From Perna viridis (Eukaryota): DNA of 64,000 bases. The notes under the pieces are model-generated. The model had not been told where the DNA came from. It was given only the letters and a program-made list of their open reading frames with translations, and ran no database searches. This document shows, one piece after another, positions 36,701 through 45,342 of the stretch; the first letter of the stretch is position 1; every line of letters starts with the position of its first letter. The stretch is taken from the NCBI GenBank assembly GCA_037379345.1, contig CM074515.1, positions 3,596,001 to 3,660,000 of the forward strand. The letters are read 5' to 3'. The position numbers and the translations under genes are program-made.

Positions 36701-39700
36701 GTATTAAAACATGGTGTCTTCATTAATATAACTCCTTTGACATACCTTGATAGAACTTATTTGTGCTTGATTTGGCTTCATATTTTGATAATTTGGTTTT
36801 GAGTATGTCTTGTGTATAATTTATTTTTGGAACTTGAACATCCAAAGTATTTGGTTCTAAGACTGCTGATGAGTGGTCACTCCTTTAAACACTTGTACAG
36901 CATACCTAAATCTGCAATATTTATATGATTGGTACATGTGTTTTTTTATATCATAGACAAGGCCACATATGATAATATGTATATCACATGTATTACAGAT
37001 AACAGTAGGAGTATTTGGTCATGAAGAAGAAGTTATAGACAAACCTATAAGTCCTGATGAAGTTAAGAATATTCTGTATAGTAGATGTGCTCCATATGAC
37101 ATGTTACAGTCAGTATTACAACAGGAACTGATACTAGGTATTGGTAAACTGATAGCAGCTTCACCAGAGTTGTTTGATGGTATCCTCAAGATAAGAATTG
37201 GGTAAGATACAGGCATGTTTAAATGTTATTTAGGTCTCACTAACCACTTCCGGGTCAAATGGCCATCCCCCTATGTAGTACTAAAACACACTGAACCTAG
37301 ACATATGCATTGTAAGTGCTTTATTTGTGTGTATTATGATTAAAAGTAGTCAAAATAAAGCTGAGAATGTGTACTTTAAAATCATATATGTAATTAACTA
37401 CAAAAGTGTATGAATATTGTTTACATGTGTGAGTAATATGCCTCCATGCTGTCAGTTAGCAGAACAGGTAAAAATGTGGATTTTCAGTATTATTTATTCA
37501 AGTAAATTTTGTGAAGAATTTCTACTATCATCGTACCATTAGCATAATGATTTTGGAAGCCTTATTTTCCAAGCTTTGCAACAGTATGCAGCTTTAAGAT
37601 GTCATTTGTCCTGGGAATTCACAGTGAGACTTTGAAAATTACTTTTTTAACATGTAAAGTAATGGAAACGTTAGAAGTGGTTAGTGAGACCTTATGGGAC
37701 ATATTTTTTCTAAAAATAGGGGAATTTTGACTTAAGATTGCTACCACCAATTTTCTTGACACTTTGATGATATGTTTATTCAAAATATTATAATAATATT
37801 TTGATTATTATGAATTCAAATATTTTCATTTTCAAGTTATGGGACTTATTCACTAAAAATGGATGATTTTCCTTTGGGACTATCATAATAAGCTTGAAGT
37901 AAGGCTTTTAGCTCACCTGGCGTCCGTCATTGTCGTCATTTCTTCAAACATCTTCTCCGCTGAAACTACTGAATAGGTTTGCATGAAACTTATAATGACT
38001 GTTCCTTAGAGTATCCTGCACAAAATGACCAGTTTGATTTTTGATCGGTTAAAAAAACATGGCCACTGTTACTAAAAATAAAACATAGGGGTCAGACAGT
38101 AAATTTTTGCATATATCTCCAAAACCGTTAGGTTTAGCCAACTTCTGATGGGGTTCAAGTATTCAGCATGATGAGATCTATCTGTGGTTAAATTTTGGTG
38201 AAAATCTATTGACCTATGTTGGAGTTATTGCCCTTTTTGGACATTTTTTGCTGTTTTTAATGATAATACTTTCAAAAATCTTCTTCTCAAAAACTGCCAT
38301 ACAGAATTCAATGAAAGTTTTTTTTTGTTTTGTAGGGTATCACTAACAAAATGACCGTTTGTATTTTTGATCAGTTAAAAAACATGGCCTGCATTACTAA
38401 AAATAGAATAGGGGTCAGACAGCAGATTTTTGCATATATATCCAAAACCGTTAGGTTTGGCCAATATCTTTCAATTGCTGAAATATCCTAATTATAAGGC
38501 CTACAAAAGTTTCCAGGGATCGAAGTTGTCAGATGACTCCATGTAAGGGTTATTGCCCTTGAGAGGTGATAAATTACTTTTTTTTTACAGTTTTCAGCTT
38601 ATATCTTGAAAACTATAATAGGTAGAATGAAACTTTCAATTGTTGAAATGATTCTTATTATAAGGCCTACAAAAGTCTCCTGGGATCAAAGTTGTCAAAT
38701 TACTCCATATAAGAGTTATTGTCCTTAAAAGGCAAAAAATTAAGTTTTTTGCAGTTATCAGTCAATATCTGCCTTATGATGCTAAACCACAGTCAATCAA
38801 TCAATCTATATACTATTCTTCATAAATTACTAACTGGACTTTCATGAAAACATTTTCTAGTGTAATTTCATTATATTGAGATACGCATTCATTTTGGCAA
38901 GTTTTTTTTTTTTATCCAAAAGATGATTTTTGGTGTTTGAGTGCAGAAGTGTTACCTAAACAATCAATATACTTCTTCCTTGATGAGGAGTTAATGTTGG
39001 CCATGAAAACTAGGTGTACTGGTTTGAGCTGCCATAGAATTGTACTATAACCAAGTTGTAATTGATTATACATGTTTTTATGCCCACCTCCACTTCCAAT
39101 TTCCATTTTTTGTGCGTGATCATAAGACAGTTCATTCATGACCTCTAAATGACCTTGATCTTTGAACTCAAGTGAACATTTTTGGATTTTTACTATATTT
39201 ATCATATTTGGCACCTGTGTGTATTACCATTCGCTGTGGTGTATATGTGTCTCTGTCAGTGCAGATTTATTTTTGGGCCATACCTTTTTCGATCTTCAAT
39301 ATATGCAAACCATATTTAGAATATTTCATGCTAGAATTTTTTTGCCTTTTGATGTAGGCTTTATATTTTTGGTGTGTGGGTGAATGACCATAAGACAATG
39401 TGTTGGCTACATTCTAAATGACCTTAACATTTGAACTCAAGTTAATGTTTTTGAATACCATATATCACTTGAGTTTGAGTTTGAATGGTTTTTCACCATA
39501 TTAACATTAAAATATTTAAGTTTCAGTGACTCTAGTCAGCATTTTCTTTGTGAGTTTTACTCTTAGTATATCTAGTTTATTCAGATTTAAGATCATTACT
39601 TTATGTAGTATACACATTTCATTGTCACTGGATTTTGCATCAACATCATATTGGCAAATCAGACATAATGAGGAAGGCAGTTCTCTAATTTCCATGATAT

Positions 39701-42700
39701 CATTCTGACATCAAATTGTCCTGACATGTGACCCAATGGATTAACAAGTAGACTTTTTACTTCCCGAGAATGAACTAATATCTGTTGACATTCTGATATT
39801 TACAGCTCAACAAACACCTCTTCGGTATATAGGAATCTACTTGTTGTCTGTCTATCCATCTGTATGTTAGTTTGTCAACTCATCCTGTAAATTTAACTCT
39901 TAATATACTGCTCAGTGAATAAAATTCAATAGGAATGTTAGTCAGTATATAGGGAGTTAAACATTGGTAGATCTCTGCCATGAGAGGTAACCAGGTTAAC
40001 ATGATGTAAGTCCTGGTGTATCGAGGAGAGCTATTCAGGCTCCTTATGGTACATGTAATTTTGACGTACATGTATGATATTCAGATTATACTGACTACAA
40101 AGTATTATGGAACACTGTATTACACTGAAAACATTTAGTTAGTAATTGATATGTTATTTTCAGATGGTTTATCCGGGCCATACAGATAGAGAAAGAACAA
40201 GAGGAACAAGAACATATAGATATCCATTGTTTATCTCCCAGTGATATCAAAGATATTCTACTTAACATCCTGCTACAGAACATGTATGAATCAGAGTTTC
40301 GTACTCCATTACAGCAGAGACAGATTGATGGAGCACTAAATAGGACTCCTAAGGACTTCTATGAACGAGTATGGGAGATTCTGGAGAAGACACCTAATGG
40401 TATAAAACTAGCTGGATATCATTTACCTCAGGTACACAATTCTTTGTTTATAAAAAACATTTCCACATCTATATATTGAATGAATTACTTATTTTCATAT
40501 CTCTTTCCAAATACAGTGAAATGGTTTCAAGTTTTTATACGCCCATTTTCACAGAATTACTCAAAAACACTTTCACTAACTTTTATGAAACTTTGGTGAA
40601 TTGTTCATATCTATTTAAGTAAGCTCCCATCAGACTTGTATAAATGTCAAATGTAATGTTTTCGTGTTATGAAGTTTTACTCTTTAAAAAAAGGCAGAAA
40701 TGGCCAGGGAAATTTTATTCATTGAAAAATCATTGAAAACAGATCTTTTGTTATGATGATGGACTGATAAATGTAAAAGGTACTTGGTAACCTTGTCAGA
40801 AAAGTTTGTTTTGAACAAGATAGAAATGTATGGGTGAAATATCAAGACAACAAACTTAGTTAAACTTGAGGTACCCTTGGTATTGCCAAATTTTTTGTGC
40901 ACTTTTTATTTACTTTTTTTGAGGGGAGGGTATTTGACAGGACTCACAGTATTTCTAGTTGGTCATAGTAATTTGTTAAAAGCATAAAGACAAGTTAAAA
41001 GGGTGTATCATGTGCCTAAGGCACAGCTCTTTTTTGTTTATACCAAGACCTAGAAATGAGATGCATGTAATCCAACTAAAGAAAGTTATACATTCAGTTC
41101 TGATTTTCAATTATTCCATGAATTTCAAAGAAATTTAATGGAAAAATTAGGTGTGTTTTTTTAACTAAAGGCATTGTTTTTCAAAAAGGAGAGTAGTTTA
41201 TTGGTAAACTGTAAACATTATCGTTGTTTAAGTGGCTAGTTTACATCTTATTTTTATTTTTCTGTTAGGTACTTACAAGAATGGTAGAACATTAATTTGC
41301 AGTATTGATTGTTGATGAAAAAAGTTTTTTTTATTGTGTTATTGTTTCTGATTTCAGCAACCAACTCTGTCAGACATGACTATGTATGAGCTGAATTTCT
41401 CCCTGCTTGTTGAGCAGATGTTAAGTAAGATAGTAGACCCTGCATATAGACAGATAATAGTTGAGGTATGTATGGCAAGGAGGAAAAAAATCTCCATATC
41501 TACGGATATGAACTTATATGACAAATTTATCAACAATATTAGTCTGATAATGTCTATTTTACACTCAGAGGGCTAGATAAAAGTTATCAGCATTAGTTTG
41601 AAATTGTTAAGAATTTAAAACATTGATTTGTTTTTTATTCAAGTGCAGGGATCTACTTTTGCTAGAACTGTACAGGTCATGAACATAAAATGTTTTATGA
41701 GTTGTTTCTCTGGAATTTTACAATGTTGATTTCGGCGCCATATTTCTCTATTAATGACATCATAATTACTTGATGTTATGAATAAAGCTCATTTGCTTAT
41801 AGCTGGGATAAACATAGAGTTTGCAAAAAAGCAAACCACATCTTCTGTGACAGCAGATTTAAGTAAAGGAATTTGAAAATACTTTTCTCATGTTGCTAGA
41901 AAATGTACCAAATGATTTTCTTCTACCCAAAGTCAACTTAAAAACCTAATTCTCTCTGAAATCAAGAATGTGGATGTTTTGTTAGTGCCTGTGACGTGAA
42001 AATGGTGTGATTTGTAGACATTATCTTAGCCGATCAAATTCCTTGAAATTTACTATCATTATGGGGTGAATAATTTATACCTACAACTTGTTTAGATATC
42101 AACTAGGTCCAGCATTTCGAAAGGTCATTATTGTGACGTTGCCATGTGAGCTATTGCCATCACTTGGCGTCCGTCGTCGACGTCGTTGTCGTTAACAATT
42201 TATCAGAACTCTTCTCCTTTGAAACTACTTGACCAATTGGAACCAAACTTGGTATGAATGTTCCTTTGGGTATTCTGCAAAGAACTGCTGTGGGGATTTT
42301 TGATCTGTTGAAAAACATGGTGGCTGTTACTAAAAATAGAACATAGGGGTCAGACAGTAGTTTTTCGCATATATCTCCAAAACGGTTAGGTTTAGCCAAA
42401 TTCTGACATTGGTAAAAGTGGTCAGCATGAAGAGATCTATCTGCGGTCAAATTTTCATTTTAATCTATTAAGCCATGTTGGAGTTATTGCCTTTTTTGCT
42501 ATTTTTAATGTTATTTCTTTCAAAATTCTTCTCCTCTAACACTACTTGACCGATTGGAACCAAACTTGGTATGAATGTACCTTGGGGTATCATGCATAGA
42601 ACTGATGTAGGGATTTTTGATCTGTCGAAAAGCATGGCCGCCGTTACTAAAAGTAGAATATAGCGGTCAGACAAATAGTGAAAAGCTTATTTTTAGGACT

Positions 42701-44021
42701 ACAAATAGTCTTCAGGCATAAAATTTGTCAGACGCTTTCTTATAAGAGTTATTGCCCTTGACAGGTTTTTTTTAAAGATTTCAGCCAATGTCTTGCAACC
42801 ATGATAGATTTAGTCTTTCATTTACTGAAATGATCCTTATGGTAAGTTCTATCGAAGTTTTCTTGAGTAAAAATTGTTGGACAACTTCTTGTTTAATTTA
42901 TTGCCCTTGAAAGGCAAAATTCAACCAAGTGAGCAATTCAGGCTCTTGGCAGCCTCTTGTTTTCAGTGGTTATATCACTGTAGTGTGGTGACCTTATCTA
43001 TGGGAGGCTGTGGGTAGCTGTCAATTGCAACCAATCTCTCAAAGTAAGCATCAGTTTTCAAATAAGGATCCAAAAATGGAAATAGTTAGGCCATGTTCTG
43101 AGGATGGACAACAACACACATCCAAGAATGGATATGGTTGTGCCATGTTCTGAGGATGAACAACAACATACATCCAAGAATGGATATGGTTAGGCCATGT
43201 TTTGAGGATGGACAACAACACACATCAAAGACATTGACACCAGAGGGAAAATATAAAGAGGTAGGCCAAAAGAAACCTGGCAGGGAACTGTGGAAAGAGA
43301 AAGAGACAGCTTGGGTTTAAGATATGGACAATGGCCACAGAATCAACCCAGGACAGGGAAAAATGGAGAGGACATGTTCATGGCCATATTCTCCTCAAGG
43401 AGGAAAGGAACTGAGTAAAAAGGTACTCTCAAAAAGGGGTTGGCCATTACAACAGTGCCTGTAAGAAATTCAATTATAATGATGATTTTTTTCAGGCATT
43501 TATGGTAGTATCTACAATGTTACAGAGAAATCCAGAAGTGACATTTGATCAGGCTGCCAATATGGATAAGGTAAGACAACTTAAACCTCTGTAACTTTGT
43601 CAAATCTTTGGTAAATATAATTAAGGTAATTTTGTAATTTATGGTAATGTTCACAAATGTTTCTCCCTATTGAACTTACATATTTTATTAAAGTTCCTAG
43701 TGGATTCTAGTGTCCCAAGTTACCATAGTTAAACCTTATTTCCAAATAAAAGAGTTCATTCATCAGATTAATATTAGGTTTAAATCTTGATGATAATGTC
43801 TCATCCAATTTATTTTTTAGATAATCCATGATTCTTTTGAGGAATTCCAACGAGACTTAAACAATGAAGGCCAAAACAAAGAAGAAGACATGAGATTTTT
43901 CTTCAACACTCCTCCGAATATAAAACATGGAACAACGAGCTACATCACTAAAGCAGTACTCAGGACCCTTCTTGATGGAGAGATTAAATTTGTCAATGAT
44001 GACATGTGTCACATCACCTAA
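9557..44021 (+). CDS. PHKB: Phosphorylase b kinase regulatory subunit beta, complete, 23 exons, 3294 nt / 1097 aa
   Basis: All exons are GT-AG and in phase: 9557-9746, 11124-11268, 12018-12117, 13263-13370, 13803-13862, 18632-18768, 19503-19662, 20570-20767, 21926-21983, 22751-22828, 23251-23400, 24533-24636, 27359-27589, 29732-29836, 32462-32544, 33059-33149, 33432-33596, 35982-36257, 36999-37201, 40164-40431, 41358-41465, 43496-43570, 43821-44021. Diagnostic peptides: [106 protein letters not shown]; C-terminal CaaX CHIT. Confidence 0.98.
11124..11268 (+). CDS. PHKB: PHKB exon 2
   Basis: [16 protein letters not shown]...[16 protein letters not shown]. Confidence 0.95.
12018..12117 (+). CDS. 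PHKB: PHKB exon 3
   Basis: [33 protein letters not shown]. Confidence 0.96.
12165..12908. mobile_element. Non-autonomous piggyBac-like element
   Basis: TTAA|CACTGACCATGC ... GCATGGTAAGGG|TTAA (TTAA TSD, 10/12 TIR). Right half repeated at ~22035-22370. Confidence 0.75.
13263..13370 (+). CDS. PHKB: PHKB exon 4
   Basis: [36 protein letters not shown]. Confidence 0.95.
13803..13862 (+). CDS. PHKB: PHKB exon 5
   Basis: [20 protein letters not shown]. Confidence 0.95.
13930..18240 (+). mobile_element. Degraded non-LTR retrotransposon (RTEX-like ORF2; ORF1 with RRM, CCHC knuckles and SGNH esterase) in PHKB intron 5
   Basis: ORF1 remnants [12 protein letters not shown]...[45 protein letters not shown] motifs [21 protein letters not shown] motifs [40 protein letters not shown]-terminal [24 protein letters not shown] and an aataaacaaac tail. 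Many stops and frameshifts. Confidence 0.92.
18632..18768 (+). CDS. PHKB: PHKB exon 6
   Basis: [45 protein letters not shown]. Confidence 0.97.
19503..19662 (+). CDS. PHKB: PHKB exon 7
   Basis: [53 protein letters not shown]. Confidence 0.97.
19934..20134 (-). mobile_element. Naiad-type Penelope-like element, 3'UTR fragment
   Basis: Reverse complement of 31716-31912. Confidence 0.75.
20570..20767 (+). CDS. PHKB: PHKB exon 8
   Basis: [16 protein letters not shown]...[18 protein letters not shown]...PAEIK. Confidence 0.96.
21006..21788. mobile_element. Tc1/mariner-type MITE (TACTGT...ACAGTA termini)
   Basis: Imperfect TIR tactgttttcatttaattttgttggt...ttttcatgg / ccatgaaaat...acaaataaaaatgaaaccacagta; related fragment at ~24302-24445. 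Confidence 0.55.
21926..21983 (+). CDS. PHKB: PHKB exon 9
   Basis: [19 protein letters not shown]. Confidence 0.95.
22035..22370. mobile_element. Partial copy of the piggyBac-like element at 12165
   Basis: Colinear with 12605-12908, ending atggtaaggg|ttaa. Confidence 0.75.
22407..22550. repeat. Long imperfect palindrome (foldback)
   Basis: aacaggttatatgaaatagcatggtttg..cagtttacactt / aagtgtaaactg..caaaccatgttatttcgtgtaacctgtt. Confidence 0.8.
22751..22828 (+). CDS. PHKB: PHKB exon 10
   Basis: [25 protein letters not shown]; phases match. Confidence 0.9.
23251..23400 (+). CDS. PHKB: PHKB exon 11
   Basis: [10 protein letters not shown]...[16 protein letters not shown]. Confidence 0.95.
24533..24636 (+). 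CDS. PHKB: PHKB exon 12
   Basis: [34 protein letters not shown]. Confidence 0.93.
24860..25478 (+). mobile_element. LINE RT fragment whose 5' end is a 50-51-bp tandem array (~6 copies)
   Basis: The unit encodes [12 protein letters not shown]. The last unit continues into ..[39 protein letters not shown] (a YADD remnant). Confidence 0.85.
25479..27267. mobile_element. Non-autonomous composite-like DNA transposon with 467-bp long terminal direct repeats (KolobokP-like)
   Basis: Identical repeats at 25479-25945 and 26801-27267. Each begins GGCTAAAAACCAC, ends GTGGTCTGTAACC (imperfect inverted pair) and is flanked by TWWA (TATA, TAAA, TTAA, TAAA). 855-bp non-coding spacer. Confidence 0.8.
27359..27589 (+). 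CDS. PHKB: PHKB exon 13
   Basis: [34 protein letters not shown]...[14 protein letters not shown]. Confidence 0.97.
27642..28545. mobile_element. MITE with TIR AGATTCTCCTTCAG and a nested hairpin element
   Basis: 14-bp perfect TIR at 27642-27655 and 28532-28545, with extended imperfect arms. Internal palindrome at ~28350-28490 (actccattttat..ttttaccacgggct / agcccgtggtaaaa..ataaaatggagt). Confidence 0.7.
29241..29456. repeat. 52-53-bp tandem repeat, 4 copies
   Basis: tactctatagctattggtataatccttcaaggtcaattacattttgttttttt. Confidence 0.95.
29732..29836 (+). CDS. PHKB: PHKB exon 14
   Basis: [35 protein letters not shown]. Confidence 0.96.
30197..30658 (+). mobile_element. Non-autonomous Helitron/Helentron-like element
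   Basis: (CTGT)n-like box near the 5' end, internal ~150-bp duplication, 3' hairpin tgtgagcttgctcaca then gtatttctagtt. Related pieces at ~31935-32090 and ~40530-40960. Confidence 0.55.
31505..31915 (+). mobile_element. Naiad-type Penelope-like retroelement 3' end (RT C-terminus and 3'UTR)
   Basis: [40 protein letters not shown] (stop 31633-31635), then a structured, T-rich 3'UTR shared with three other copies. Confidence 0.75.
32462..32544 (+). CDS. PHKB: PHKB exon 15
   Basis: [27 protein letters not shown]. Confidence 0.95.
33059..33149 (+). CDS. PHKB: PHKB exon 16
   Basis: [30 protein letters not shown]. Confidence 0.95.
33432..33596 (+). CDS. PHKB: PHKB exon 17
   Basis: [16 protein letters not shown]...EEHGLREE. 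Confidence 0.92.
34460..34650. repeat. ~17-19-bp minisatellite (tatagtggagtcctctc)n at the end of a foldback-like element (~33640-34650)
   Basis: ~10 units; tattttattgttcaaacaggaac at 34408-34430 is inverted at 33668-33690. Confidence 0.8.
35982..36257 (+). CDS. PHKB: PHKB exon 18
   Basis: [14 protein letters not shown]...QREGANF...[31 protein letters not shown]. Confidence 0.95.
36999..37201 (+). CDS. PHKB: PHKB exon 19
   Basis: [19 protein letters not shown]...[13 protein letters not shown]. Confidence 0.97.
37233..37691. mobile_element. 459-bp Kolobok-like MITE or solo LTDR
   Basis: Perfect 18-bp TIR GGTCTCACTAACCACTTC / GAAGTGGTTAGTGAGACC, flanked by TTTA and TTAT. Confidence 0.8.
37906..38770 (+). 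mobile_element. Helentron-associated non-autonomous element (HINE-like)
   Basis: Starts ttttagctcacctgg, then a (CGT)n box and internal tandem units; homologous to the 42140 and 56060 copies. Confidence 0.7.
40164..40431 (+). CDS. PHKB: PHKB exon 20
   Basis: WFIRAIQ...[11 protein letters not shown]...[38 protein letters not shown]. Confidence 0.97.
41358..41465 (+). CDS. PHKB: PHKB exon 21
   Basis: [36 protein letters not shown]. Confidence 0.97.
42140..42962 (+). mobile_element. Helentron-associated non-autonomous element (HINE-like)
   Basis: gtgagctattgccatcacttggcgtccgtcgtcg..., two ~310-bp internal units, 3' subTIR aagtgagca plus hairpin ggctcttggcagcc plus tcttgttt. Confidence 0.75.
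43068..43416 (+). mobile_element. 5'-truncated RTE-clade LINE 3' end with a triplicated 52-bp 5' segment
   Basis: [14 protein letters not shown] x3, then [27 protein letters not shown]...DREKWRGHV, and a tgagtaa tail. Confidence 0.85.
43496..43570 (+). CDS. PHKB: PHKB exon 22
   Basis: [25 protein letters not shown]. Confidence 0.95.
43821..44021 (+). CDS. PHKB: PHKB exon 23 (last coding exon)
   Basis: [12 protein letters not shown]...[20 protein letters not shown]...DDMCHIT*; CaaX end. Confidence 0.96.
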   Translation: MIHDSFEEFQRDLNNEGQNKEEDMRFFFNTPPNIKHGTTSYITKAVLRTLLDGEIKFVNDDMCHIT

Positions 44022-44899
44022 TCACAGGTGTACGACTAGTATGTTTTAGACTTCTGCTTAACCATCTATAGTCTGGAATGTTACAGTTATGATTCTGTGA
44101 ATCTTATGCTTCTGTTTGATTTTTTTGTTATTTTATAGAATGGTATATTTCCATATTGATGGAAGCTTATATATATGAATTAGATACAATCTTGTACAAA
44201 TGTGTTGTTAATTGTGGGAAGAATCTTTTTATAAGAAGTGCTTGTATCTTTGATGATAATGGAGCATATAAATAACATTTTATTTTTACTAAAAGTTACC
44301 TCATCATAACATCGAAGAACAAACTGTGTTATGAGTACTGTATCTGTCAAAAGTTCTCTGTTTGTACGAAAGATAATTTAAGGTCAGTTTGTAATCTGTA
44401 CAAGTACTTCAAACTTCTACTTTATGTCACTTTACTTATTATTATAAAATATTTTAAAATGATTTAAAACATTAAAACTAAAAATTAACAACGTATACCA
44501 GATTATACCAAAGAAAAACTTGTATTGTAACAAAGTGTTAATTATCAGGATAGCAGATTAGATTTAAATGTACAGTTGGATTATCTCCCATGTGGACATT
44601 TGGTATACCAGTACATTGTAATGTTATTATTATTACTAACAGTATTAGAGACAATCGGTACCACATAATTCAAACAAAAAATATGATATTATATGCATTT
44701 TAATGTTTTCTTCCTTATGGGAATATTTTTTTCTAAAAATGTCTTTTTTAGAAGAGTGCTTATGGTATTGAAATCAAAGAAAACTAATGCATAGGGTTAC
44801 AGGATCTACCTATATACAAGTACATTATTATATTTTTCTTGCATTTTTCACTTTAGGGTTAATGGTGAAAACGAAAATCTTTCCAAAGCATTTACCCAC

Positions 44900-45342
44900 C
44901 TTGATAGTTTCAGAGTAGCATGCTCACCTCTAGTGCAGGATGTTGCGGGTTTAATCCCTGATGAAGTCACACCAAAGACTTTAAAATTGGTAGTCACTGC
45001 TTCTCTGCCAAACTTGAAGTATTAAAGTGGTTAGAGGGACAAGTGGTTGACTCAGAATCAGAACAATGTGTCTGAGTGACATGTCTACCTGTGGGTCTGA
45101 GTGGCATGTCTACCTGTTGGTCTGAGTGACATGTCTACTTGTAGGTCTGAGTGGCATGTCTACATGTGGGTCTGAGTGGCATGTCAACCTGTGGGTTTTT
45201 GCTTCTGTGAGCTAGCACAATACAAATCTGACTCCGCATGTTGGGGTAACACAAAGCAGGGTCTATTTTATTGATCAATTGTTCTTGGCTTGAAATGCAT
45301 GAAATATTTGTCATAGCTTATCACACCATAATCAATAATCAA
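44900..45342 (+). mobile_element. tRNA-headed SINE with Meta-type core, downstream of the PHKB stop
   Basis: Degenerate tRNA head (gggtttaatccc, B-box-like), core accaaagactttaaaattggtagtcactgcttctctgc, internal 25-bp x5 array at 45071-45195, (caat)n tail. Confidence 0.75.

Noticed and set aside
1139-41536. ORF-track entries antisense to real exons (e.g. 1139+, 9091+, 11898-, 33428-, 37019-, 40095-, 41354-)
   Set aside because: Shadow ORFs of URI1/PHKB exons with no independent evidence.
42160-42674. Paralogous-looking short ORFs (42160, 42468, 56211, 56625)
   Set aside because: Chance ORFs in internal tandem units of Helentron-like repeats.
44900-44970. tRNA gene
   Set aside because: Degenerate tRNA-derived SINE head with no intact cloverleaf.
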